Shown: positions 37,030 through 45,994 of the stretch, piece by piece
Layout of the letters: each line of letters opens with the position of its first letter
How positions within the stretch are numbered: the stretch's first letter is position 1
Assembly (NCBI GenBank): GCA_934086485.1
Contig: CAKOIF010000006.1
Location: 3,932-67,931, forward strand
DNA length: 64,000 bases
DNA from: an uncultured Bacilli bacterium
GTDB lineage: Bacteria > Bacillota_I > Bacilli_A > RF39 > UBA660
Direction: 5' to 3'
Notes under the pieces: model-generated
What the model was told of the DNA's origin: nothing
What the model saw: only the letters and a program-made list of their open reading frames with translations
Databases searched by the model: none
Program-made: the position numbers and the translations under genes

Positions 37030-38580
37030 CTAACTTGCTGTGTAAACATCATTATATGTACCACTGCCTGATAACTTTGCTTTAGATGATAGAGAAACGA
37101 CAGGGCGAGCGCCATATGCACCAGTCACAGTAGCGTAGTCCAAATCACCCGATGAAGAAACAAGGAACCCAAAAGCACCATAAATACTGGAAATAGCAGG
37201 CGACCCCGACCAATAATTTTGGTTTGTATACAAATAATATGAACTGTTGCTTGTATTATATACTCCTCCTGCCATTGCTACTTCATCCGCTGTTATTAAT
37301 CCTACTGGGTAGGTTAATGCCTTATTTCCTATACTACTTCCTTTTGATGTAAATTTATCACTTTCTGTTGGACAAGTTAATATTGGTTTTTTATTACTAT
37401 TTAATCTTACATTTGCTCCATAGAAATATGTTGTGCTAGTACTCATACTTCCACTTATTTCTCCTGGGGTTCCACTACTACTTGTTGTTGCACTTCGATC
37501 GTTACAAAATATTTGATCCGCCACTAAACTTTTTGTCGTTGCATCTATTTCCAATGTTGTTGTTTTATACCAATTATCTATTGCTGTTTTTATTGTACTT
37601 GCGGTGCTAGTTCCGTGTTGTGCACTTGCTGTATACATATAACCTACATACTCTGCTTTATTATAACTACTATTAAAGGTATAAGTTGTCGCATTTATTT
37701 GTGTTCCTGTTCCTGTCATTACTGTCGCTGTACTACTTGTTGGAGCCGTTGTACCAGAGTATATCATCCTTATACTTCCATCGCCATTAATTCTGATTAT
37801 TCTCCAGTACATATCTTTATCTCCTTCTTTTCCAAATTTTACCCAGTTATTATTTACTGCCCCCCTAAAGTAATATGACTTCATTCCAGTTGATGCAGTA
37901 TAATCATCATCAGCTTTATATAATCCTTTTTCACTTGCTGTTGTTACTTTACTAAAATCTGGAGTCGTTTCATTTACTGTATTATTTGCTAAAATTGTTT
38001 CCCATCCTTTTTTCTCTAAATCTATTACATCAGAAACCACTTTATTTCCTGCACTATCTTTAATCCATAAATAATACGTTCCTTCTGTTGTTATTGTAGT
38101 ACTTAAATTATAAGATATTCCACTTATTGAGGTCCAACTTGTTGGTTCAGTGCTGTTACTTGTACTTATTCCATAGCCAGATAGTTCTATATTATCAGTA
38201 AGTATTGCAGTTATTGTTGTGTCATTTATAATTAGATTGGATATAACTGGCTTTTCTGTATCAATTATCTTATCAAAATATAGTGAACACCTATCACTAC
38301 CGATAAAAGAGAAACTTACTGTACCTGAAGTACTATCATAGTTTAATACTTTACCATTATTTTCACAAATAGTCTTTTCTTCATTTAAAACATAATTACC
38401 TTTAGGTATTGCATCTGAACTTATATATTCTCCTGATTCACCTTTTACCATTATTGCTAAATTATTTTTCTTCGGTATGTATTTATTTTTAGGTTTATTA
38501 TATATTTTATTTACAAATAAAATACCTCCAATTAAAATTACTAATGATGTTAAAATTATAATTACCTTTTTATTTTTCAT
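37030..38580 (-). CDS. Membrane-anchored surface protein, hypervariable-C-terminus family (member 1)
   Basis: N-terminal signal anchor. Modules are shared with 47392 (KTICENNGKV...GSDRCS) and 61689 (EKPVISNL...GTYYLWIKDSAGNK). C-terminus NYWSGSPA...[variable]...GARPVVSL. Confidence 0.7.
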   Translation of the reverse strand: MKNKKVIIILTSLVILIGGILFVNKIYNKPKNKYIPKKNNLAIMVKGESGEYISSDAIPKGNYVLNEEKTICENNGKVLNYDSTSGTVSFSFIGSDRCSLYFDKIIDTEKPVISNLIINDTTITAILTDNIELSGYGISTSNSTEPTSWTSISGISYNLSTTITTEGTYYLWIKDSAGNKVVSDVIDLEKKGWETILANNTVNETTPDFSKVTTASEKGLYKADDDYTASTGMKSYYFRGAVNNNWVKFGKEGDKDMYWRIIRINGDGSIRMIYSGTTAPTSSTATVMTGTGTQINATTYTFNSSYNKAEYVGYMYTASAQHGTSTASTIKTAIDNWYKTTTLEIDATTKSLVADQIFCNDRSATTSSSGTPGEISGSMSTSTTYFYGANVRLNSNKKPILTCPTESDKFTSKGSSIGNKALTYPVGLITADEVAMAGGVYNTSNSSYYLYTNQNYWSGSPAISSIYGAFGFLVSSSGDLDYATVTGAYGARPVVSLSSKAKLSGSGTYNDVYTAS

Positions 38581-38800
38581 AACCTACTCCAATTCCGCTT
38601 AAATACTGGAGTACATTTTCCTAGATTATAATCATTTAGGAAAATTGCATCTCAATTTTATGGGAAAAGGACTAGAAATCTAATCAAAAAAATGCTAAAA
38701 TTAGGATAGAAATAGCATAAATACTAGGATTGATTTTCCTATATGATTATACTTTATGAAAGACTATTCCTTATAAACACTGGGTTTGTGAGACTTTTAA
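38581..38800 (-). promoter_or_regulatory. Conserved upstream module L1 of the surface-protein family
   Basis: Shares ordered blocks with 48712-48905 and 63530-63735: ACAAAC-N5-GTTTAT, TTTC(A/G)TAAAGTATAA, GAAAAT-N6-CCNAGTATTTA (twice), CCTTTTCCC(A/G)TAAAAT and TTCCTAAATGNTTATAAT. Confidence 0.6.
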
Positions 38801-38845
38801 ATACTTTTTTTAATACTTAAATTTCATTAAAAAAATGGAGCTTTT

Positions 38846-40351
38846 CTACTCCACAGTTTTAGTAATGATATTAATTTTATCATTTAGTTTTTTATTTTCC
38901 TCTTTTAAAGAATTATTTTCTTCTTTTAAAGTATTATAATTATCTAAAAGTTCATTATACTTATCGGTGATTTCATCATATTTTTCATTAATATCATCAA
39001 TAATATCAGTTTGATTTTTAATATTTTCATATTCTTTTTCAATATTATTTTTTAAAATATTAATATTTTTTTCATTAGCATAAATTTTAATTATACTATT
39101 ATCTCTAAAGTTATAATTATACACTTTATTATGCTTTAAATTATCGACTAAATCATCAAATATATTTTTAGCATTTACTCCATATTGATGTAAAATAATT
39201 CTATAAACGTAAGCATTTTCTTCAGTATGTGATGTAACAAAATCTGGGTATGTTTCTACTTCAATTTTAATATTATCTAAAGTATTATCAATTACAAATT
39301 CATAATGAGTATTTGTATCAATTAAAAGATTATCTTGCATCTTTACATTAAACTCACTTTTTGTAGTTTTAAACTTTGGAGAAATGCTATTTACATAGTT
39401 AATTTTAGATACCTCAATTGAAAATAATCCAGAACCTATTCCAAATATGGAAAGTGATGCAATTAAAGTAATAAGCATTCTTTTGAAAGGCACTTTCTTA
39501 CTAAATAATAAGTCAAATAAAAATTCTATAGTTAAAATATTTAAGAAAATAGTTGATAATGAAATAAGAATTAAGCCAATGTATGTAAGTCCATTAAAGG
39601 CAAAATATAGTATTATAATAAGTCCTATAAAAAATATAATTAAGGTAACTAGAAATGGAAATGTAAAGCAAGCTATAAAAAATTTAACAAAAACAATTAA
39701 AATATTAGAAAATAAATTAATAAATGAATAATTTTTATTTTCATTTCTATCTTTTTCTTTAATAGGTTTACTTTCCTTTACCTCTTTTGCAAATTTTAAA
39801 TCATTATCTTTTTTTAAATCCATTTTGTCTAAAAAACCTATTTTAAATATATATATCATTACTATAATAAATAAAGCAACATAAGCAAAGTCAAATATAA
39901 ATTCAAAGAAATTTGCCACAAAAATTGTAAAATCATTTTGACTAACGCTTGTTATTAAATTAGTTACTTTATCACTTAATAAGTTAACTGGTAACTTTAA
40001 TATTAATAATGCTAAAAAAGTAAACATCATAACTAAAAAACATTTTGTATTATCAAGAAGTGTATTATTAACAATAAAGTTATAAGTATTTTTTACAAAA
40101 CTAAAGAAACTATCAATTACATTTTTATCTTTATTTTCAGTATTATTAATATCTACCTCATCATTTGTAAGACTATCTAAAGAAACATTAAATATTTTAC
40201 ATATAGCAAGTAGCTTGTCCATTTCTGGGTATGTTTGCCCACTTTCCCATTTTGATACAGATTGTCTTGATACATCAAGTGATGCTGCCAAGTCTTCTTG
40301 ACTCATCTTATTTTCTTTTCTAAGTTTTACTAACTTTTCACTAAAATTCAT
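38846..40351 (-). CDS. Membrane-bound XRE-family HTH regulator with a C-terminal coiled coil
   Basis: N-terminal HTH_3 KLRKENKMSQEDLAASLDVSRQSVSKWESGQTYP, several TM helices, an extracytoplasmic domain, and a heptad-rich tail. Confidence 0.75.
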   Translation of the reverse strand: MNFSEKLVKLRKENKMSQEDLAASLDVSRQSVSKWESGQTYPEMDKLLAICKIFNVSLDSLTNDEVDINNTENKDKNVIDSFFSFVKNTYNFIVNNTLLDNTKCFLVMMFTFLALLILKLPVNLLSDKVTNLITSVSQNDFTIFVANFFEFIFDFAYVALFIIVMIYIFKIGFLDKMDLKKDNDLKFAKEVKESKPIKEKDRNENKNYSFINLFSNILIVFVKFFIACFTFPFLVTLIIFFIGLIIILYFAFNGLTYIGLILISLSTIFLNILTIEFLFDLLFSKKVPFKRMLITLIASLSIFGIGSGLFSIEVSKINYVNSISPKFKTTKSEFNVKMQDNLLIDTNTHYEFVIDNTLDNIKIEVETYPDFVTSHTEENAYVYRIILHQYGVNAKNIFDDLVDNLKHNKVYNYNFRDNSIIKIYANEKNINILKNNIEKEYENIKNQTDIIDDINEKYDEITDKYNELLDNYNTLKEENNSLKEENKKLNDKINIITKTVE

Positions 40352-40384
40352 AATCTTTCCTTCTTTCTAAAAAGATTTTATCAT

Positions 40385-40439
40385 GTAACTCAGTTGCGGA
40401 AAACCAATTTTAGGTTGTTTTTTGTAACTTTTTAGTTGC
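40385..40439. promoter_or_regulatory. Two GTAACT-N-AGTTGC near-palindromes upstream of the XRE-TM gene
   Basis: GTAACTcAGTTGC (40385-40397) and GTAACTttttAGTTGC (40424-40439), in the 89-nt gap before the ATG at 40351. Candidate autoregulatory operators. Confidence 0.35.
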
Positions 40440-40440
40440 A

Positions 40441-42600
40441 TTATCTATAATATGCTTCCTCTTTTACATGTCCATCCTTATCAAAATAGCTTGCATACTC
40501 TTTTTCTAAACTTAAATATTCATTATATTCATTTATAGCTCTAGGATCATTTCCAACAATGCATGAAATAATACTATAATCATCATTAATTAAAATGAAA
40601 AAGTCTTTATTATATATTATCTTTAAAGCATGCGATAAATCTAAAATTCCTAATGCTTTTTCATAATATATTTTATTTATATTTGTTATGTCTTCTTTGG
40701 TAATATACTCTTTTTCTATTTCTTTAGTTTCCATTCTTGGATCTAAATATCTAACAGTGGCTTCAAAACTTGAGGTAGTATAAAGTGATGTATCATCTTT
40801 TTTAGTAATTATATAGTTTGCATAATCATATCCACCCATATTAGCGTACATATCTGGTGTTTCATTTAATGGCCTTAAATTTTCATAACTAATAAGATCT
40901 TTAGGCATCATTTCAAAACCACCAATTCTTTCAATTTGATTTTTATAATTACCCATAAGTACTAAAGAAATGCTTTCTTCTTTACTTTCATTTACCGAAG
41001 AAATTTCAATCATTTTTTCAAAAGCAGTTTTTCCCACATTAAATATATTTCTCATATAATCAATATTTTTTACACTTATAGATTCAATTGAGTTACATAA
41101 AAGTACATTACCGTTTCTTACAAAAGGAATCATTGCACATACATTACCATTACTATCTTTTATAACTAAAACTCTTCCGTTAACATTTTCAGCGCAGTAC
41201 CTAACAAAAGAGTCTGCTTCCCCACCTATTTTAAAACAACAATTAGTTTTTGAACCCATTACAAATAAGTTAGGATCATCACAAGTAAGTGTTTCATAAT
41301 AATAACCATTTTGAGTTCCACTTACATAAGGGATAGTTTTTTGATAGTTATGGCGCACCTTTCTATATTCCTCACTTACATTTTGAATAATTTTATTATC
41401 ATCAGAAAATGATTGAAACTGTTTATTATCAACACATTCATTAATAATACTTCCCTCAAGTGGTGCTAAATCTGGATCAAGAGGTCTTAATATACCATTT
41501 TTAAGTAAATCTTTATAAAAATCTATTTTATTATAAATATGTTGTGTTTTAAATCTTTTTTCATATTCACTAAAGCCTGCATAAATAACACCAATATTTT
41601 GAGATATTTCATAATCGTTATTAAGAATACTTTTTAATAAACCATTAGGGCTAAAAAAGAAATTAATAAACTGTTCATCGTAAATAATTTTACCAGAATT
41701 TAAATGAATTTTTTGTAAATCTATTAAATATAAACTACTAAATACTTTTCTAAATTTATTTTCATCTTTATTTAACATATTAATTAACTTTTCAGAGTTT
41801 TGATAACCTAAGACCGCAATTAAATTTATAGCAAAACGCATTTGTCTATCATAATTATAATGTTTAAAATCTTCGAAATCATTTTGAACTACAGTAATTA
41901 AATTTTTAACTTGTTTAGGTTTAATATCAAGAAGTACCTCTAAAGAGTTATTATCAAAATTATTTAATTTATCTTTATATTTTCCTTCGACTAAAATTCT
42001 TTTATAAGAACTATAATTATACCCTATGATATCAATAAGATTTATATCACCACTTAATAAATAACCAATAATTTCATTTATTTTAGAATCTATATTTTCT
42101 AAATTAGAATTTTCCTTAAGAATATTAGATTTTAAATAATCATTTAAAGTAGATAAAACATTATCATTAAGTTTACCAGTTTGAATGTAATCTTTTTTCA
42201 TTTGTAAAAAAGTATTAATAAATTTTATATCTTTAATATCTTTATAATCTATATCTATATTATTAATCAATCCCTTATTAAAAAGTATTTCATATTCATT
42301 AAATATTACATTATAATCAAATCTTTTATCATCAAAACTATTTCCATTAATATCATTTATATTTGACATATCAAAAAATAAAGGTAAAGTTTTAGCAATA
42401 GTAATAAGCATTTTTTTATAATATTTATCGTAATCATACATATAAATATACATAAAAAGTTTACTTGCATTATCAAAAGAAATAGAACATAAATTTATTA
42501 ATTCTTCCTCAGTAAAGTCACGAAATCCATCTTCATTTAAAAACATTGTATTATTTATTTTAATATTTGGATGAGCATTAATAAACTGTTCTTTTGTCAT
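40441..42600 (-). CDS. Hypothetical 719-aa cytoplasmic protein, no recognised domain
   Basis: Long uninterrupted ORF with a GGAGG-like RBS (cggaggtaaaaATG). No TM segment or signal. Contains a Cys-containing segment TNCCFKIGGEADSFVRYCAENVNGR. Confidence 0.6.
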   Translation of the reverse strand: MTKEQFINAHPNIKINNTMFLNEDGFRDFTEEELINLCSISFDNASKLFMYIYMYDYDKYYKKMLITIAKTLPLFFDMSNINDINGNSFDDKRFDYNVIFNEYEILFNKGLINNIDIDYKDIKDIKFINTFLQMKKDYIQTGKLNDNVLSTLNDYLKSNILKENSNLENIDSKINEIIGYLLSGDINLIDIIGYNYSSYKRILVEGKYKDKLNNFDNNSLEVLLDIKPKQVKNLITVVQNDFEDFKHYNYDRQMRFAINLIAVLGYQNSEKLINMLNKDENKFRKVFSSLYLIDLQKIHLNSGKIIYDEQFINFFFSPNGLLKSILNNDYEISQNIGVIYAGFSEYEKRFKTQHIYNKIDFYKDLLKNGILRPLDPDLAPLEGSIINECVDNKQFQSFSDDNKIIQNVSEEYRKVRHNYQKTIPYVSGTQNGYYYETLTCDDPNLFVMGSKTNCCFKIGGEADSFVRYCAENVNGRVLVIKDSNGNVCAMIPFVRNGNVLLCNSIESISVKNIDYMRNIFNVGKTAFEKMIEISSVNESKEESISLVLMGNYKNQIERIGGFEMMPKDLISYENLRPLNETPDMYANMGGYDYANYIITKKDDTSLYTTSSFEATVRYLDPRMETKEIEKEYITKEDITNINKIYYEKALGILDLSHALKIIYNKDFFILINDDYSIISCIVGNDPRAINEYNEYLSLEKEYASYFDKDGHVKEEAYYR

Positions 42601-42818
42601 TTTTACCTCCGATTAATTTATATTTTTAAGACAGTATTTGCATGATATTTATATAATATGAGCATTTTATATCATCGATTGATTTTACACCTAATATTAC
42701 AACATTTTATGAACTTAGATTATTATTTTCTTTTTCATAAAATTCACACCTATTTATAGTATATATTTTTTTATAAACATTGTATATCATTTAACACACA
42801 CTTTACATTTTGATTTAC

Positions 42819-42856
42819 ACTATACAATTTTCAGGACTTTTACTATACAATTTTCA
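42819..42856. repeat. Direct repeat ACTATACAATTTTCA x2 (23-nt period) in the promoter region of the 719-aa gene
   Basis: Exact 15-nt copies at 42819-42833 and 42842-42856, between the small XRE gene and the 719-aa gene. Confidence 0.6.
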
Positions 42857-42884
42857 AAAAATAAAAATAGGACACTAAGTCCTA
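42855..42884 (-). terminator. Terminator of the small XRE gene
   Basis: Stem TAGGAC/GTCCTA (42868-73 / 42879-84) followed on the minus strand by TTTTTATTTTTT. It overlaps the stop codon. Confidence 0.55.
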
Positions 42885-43451
42885 CTCTATTGTAGTATTG
42901 CATGAACCATTATGATCTTTGAAGTAATCCTCAATATGCGCAAGCATTACATTAACATCATCATATTTTATAACATCAACATGATTAGCAATAAATGAAT
43001 CTCCACCCAAATTTATTACTTGATAATTTTTATTATATTCAATTTCATAAACATACTGTTCATTATCTAACATGCATTCAATTCTTGATTTACCTACAAT
43101 TTCTCTACCAGTGCTTCTTGCCCTAAATAAGATAAAAAGTAAAAATAGAAAAAGAGTAAACACAGCAATTCCTATACCAAATATTTTTAATAGTTTAATG
43201 ATAATACCCGCTAAACGTTCTGTATTGCTAACCTTTTGCACTAAAACATTATTAATATCATTTGAGGTAAGTTCATCTAAACTTATATTAAATATCTTTG
43301 ATAAAGTTTTTGCTTGCATAATATCAGGTGATGTTTCTCCAAGTTCCCACTTTGATATTGTTTGTCTTGTTACGCCAACTCTTTCAGCTAAATCTTCTTG
43401 TGAAAAATTATTTTGTTTTCTTAAATTTGCAATTTTTTCTCCTAAATCCAT
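42882..43451 (-). CDS. Membrane-anchored XRE-family HTH regulator (189 aa)
   Basis: HTH_3 NLRKQNNFSQEDLAERVGVTRQTISKWELGETSP, a single TM helix and a ~70-aa C-terminal domain. Confidence 0.8.
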   Translation of the reverse strand: MDLGEKIANLRKQNNFSQEDLAERVGVTRQTISKWELGETSPDIMQAKTLSKIFNISLDELTSNDINNVLVQKVSNTERLAGIIIKLLKIFGIGIAVFTLFLFLLFILFRARSTGREIVGKSRIECMLDNEQYVYEIEYNKNYQVINLGGDSFIANHVDVIKYDDVNVMLAHIEDYFKDHNGSCNTTIE

Positions 43452-43540
43452 AATATTCTCCTTTCATAAAAAAATTCTATCATTTTAAATACATTATCTC
43501 TACCAATATTTAATGGAACTTACGCAATTTTTATTAACAT

Positions 43541-43750
43541 TTAATATTTTATTTTTTTAACTGTATACTTATTCCAAATATTTTGAGGAATATTCTCATC
43601 AGCTAAATTAAATTGTTTAAGTCTTTCAATATACTTTCTTTCTAACTTCTTAAGTACCTCTTTAAAGGTGAGTCTTGATTTATCATTTGTAGAATAAGAA
43701 ATTTTATCGATATCGCAAAAAGTTTTAGAAAAGCTTATTGCATCTGTCAT
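43541..43750 (-). CDS. Hypothetical 69-aa protein
   Basis: ORF only, with no motif. Coding status uncertain. Confidence 0.3.
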   Translation of the reverse strand: MTDAISFSKTFCDIDKISYSTNDKSRLTFKEVLKKLERKYIERLKQFNLADENIPQNIWNKYTVKKIKY

Positions 43751-43785
43751 AAGTTCATTATCAAACCATATTTTTTTATAAATTT

Positions 43786-44964
43786 TTATTTCCTATCTAA
43801 TATGCAAAAGCATTCAATATGATATGTATAAGAAAACATATCTAAAATATAAAACTTTTTTATTTCATAATTAGTTAAATCTACTAAATTATTTGCTAAA
43901 CTTTGTGTATCACAAGAAACATAAATAATCCGTTGAGGACTAAGTTTATTAATAACCTCAATTGTCTTTTTATCAAGTCCTGCCCTTGCAGGATCTACAA
44001 TAATGGTATCAATTTTATCATTAATAAAACCTATTTTATCCTCGACTTTACCTAAAATAAAATTAATATTATCACATTTATTAATCTTTGCATTTATTAA
44101 GGCATTTTTAACAGCATTGGCAATTACCTCAATTGCATAAACCTTATTTACTGCTTTACTTGCTACAATTGATAGTGTTCCAACTCCTGAATATAAATCA
44201 AGTGTAGTATTTCCTACAATATTTTCTTTTATCAAATTAAAAAGGATCGAATTTATATAATTATTAACTTGAAAAAAAGAATTATAACTTACAGTAAAAA
44301 ATAAATTATTAATCATTTCCATAAAATTATCTTGTCCATAAATACATTTATCATTTAAAATTATTCCAAGAGTTTTATAATCCTCGGGTTTTAAAATAAC
44401 TGGAGTTTCTTTAGAATCGATTATAACAAGAATTTCATCATTATAATTTGCTCTTATAGTAACATTTGCATTTTTTAACTTCATATTTTTAACAAATTCA
44501 AATGCTTTATTAATTGATTTCTTAGTTATTTTACACTCCTCTATTTCAATAAGATTATGAGTTCTTTTTTCATAAAATCCAAGTTTTCCACCAACTATTT
44601 TAAGTTCTATTTTATTACGATAATACAAATCACTTTCATTTTTTATTACGTTTATATCTGGAATATCATATTTAGATAAAATATTTTTAACTCTTTCTTT
44701 TTTATATTCTAATGTATTTTCATAATTTAAATGACATAAACTGCATCCACCACATATGCCAAAATATTTACAAAATGGTTCTACCCTTTTAGAACTTTTG
44801 TATATAAAGGAATTAATAGTTCCTTCCATATAACTTTTTTTATCTTTTGTAATTATTACATCTACGGTTTCACCAGGAAGTGCTCCCTTTACAAAAATAA
44901 TTTTACCACTAATATTTCCAATTCCATTTCCCAAATGATCCATTCTATCAATATGTACTTGCAT
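43786..44964 (-). CDS. 23S rRNA (uracil-5-)-methyltransferase, RumA/RlmCD family
   Basis: TRAM-like N-terminus, Fe-S Cys cluster CKYFGICGGC, SAM fold LDLYSGVGT, catalytic C-terminus. The likely ATG is at 44964. Confidence 0.85.
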   Translation of the reverse strand: MQVHIDRMDHLGNGIGNISGKIIFVKGALPGETVDVIITKDKKSYMEGTINSFIYKSSKRVEPFCKYFGICGGCSLCHLNYENTLEYKKERVKNILSKYDIPDINVIKNESDLYYRNKIELKIVGGKLGFYEKRTHNLIEIEECKITKKSINKAFEFVKNMKLKNANVTIRANYNDEILVIIDSKETPVILKPEDYKTLGIILNDKCIYGQDNFMEMINNLFFTVSYNSFFQVNNYINSILFNLIKENIVGNTTLDLYSGVGTLSIVASKAVNKVYAIEVIANAVKNALINAKINKCDNINFILGKVEDKIGFINDKIDTIIVDPARAGLDKKTIEVINKLSPQRIIYVSCDTQSLANNLVDLTNYEIKKFYILDMFSYTYHIECFCILDRK

Positions 44965-45006
44965 CTTAATCACCAAGAATATTTTACCATAATTACTATA
45001 AAAAAA

Positions 45007-45858
45007 CTATTTTCGAGGCATATTTTTTAAATATTCTGTCTTAATATAATCATCAGTTATGTGAGTATATATTTCAGTCGAAGAAAGTGATGCGTGGCCT
45101 AAAAGTTCCTGTACGCTTTTAAGCGGGCACCCATTTTTTAACATATGTGTAGCAAAAGTATGTCTAAATGTATGAGGACTAACTTTAACTTTTAAACACG
45201 CTTTATCAATAATATTTTTGATAATAAGTTCAATTCCTCTTACAGTTATCTGTTTTCCTTTATTATTTAAAACTAAATACTCACTACTAAACTGTCTAGC
45301 ATTTAAATAATCATTAATTGCTTTAAGTGAATGATTGTTAAAGAAGACTATTCTTTCTTTACTACCCTTACCCATAACTTTAATACTATTATCCGAAAAG
45401 TTTATGTCCTTTATTTTAATATTTTTAAGTTCACTAACTCTTATTCCCGTAGCATATAAAAGTTCAATAATCATTTTATTTCTAAGCCCTAAAGCATCCT
45501 CATTATCAATACTATCAATTACTTTACGCATATCTTCATAGCTTAAAAAAGTTGGCAATTTCTTTTCTAATTTTGGATTACTAATTAGTTTAAAATAATT
45601 TACATTTACATAATTATTATCAAGTAAATAGTTATAAAAACATCTTAATGCAGATAATACAGCACTAATACTTTTATTTGATAAATTATCTATATATTTT
45701 AAATAATTCATTATTATATCTTTATTAATATTTTGATAATCTATATTATTATTTTTGCAATATGAAATAAATTCATTTACGTGAATTATATATTCCTTAA
45801 TTGTATATTCTGAGTAGTTTAATTCATATTTTAGGTATTCATTATATTTTTCTATCAT
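45007..45858 (-). CDS. Tyrosine recombinase, XerC/XerD-like
   Basis: ATGIRVSEL, HTFRHTFATHML and LGHASLSSTEIYTH catalytic motifs; 283 aa. Confidence 0.85.
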   Translation of the reverse strand: MIEKYNEYLKYELNYSEYTIKEYIIHVNEFISYCKNNNIDYQNINKDIIMNYLKYIDNLSNKSISAVLSALRCFYNYLLDNNYVNVNYFKLISNPKLEKKLPTFLSYEDMRKVIDSIDNEDALGLRNKMIIELLYATGIRVSELKNIKIKDINFSDNSIKVMGKGSKERIVFFNNHSLKAINDYLNARQFSSEYLVLNNKGKQITVRGIELIIKNIIDKACLKVKVSPHTFRHTFATHMLKNGCPLKSVQELLGHASLSSTEIYTHITDDYIKTEYLKNMPRK

Positions 45859-45910
45859 ATTTTATCCTTTTACCACCATAATTATATAAAATTAAAGTAT
45901 CCATTTCAAG

Positions 45911-45942
45911 TAAAAAAGTATAATCGTTTTCATATTATACTT
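45911..45942 (-). terminator. Rho-independent terminator after gene 45995
   Basis: 9-bp stem AAGTATAAT/ATTATACTT followed by a U-run on the minus strand. Confidence 0.6.
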
Positions 45943-45994
45943 CACTATTTTTTATTCAAAAATCGCTCTTCACAAAAGCGAAACACGATTTATA

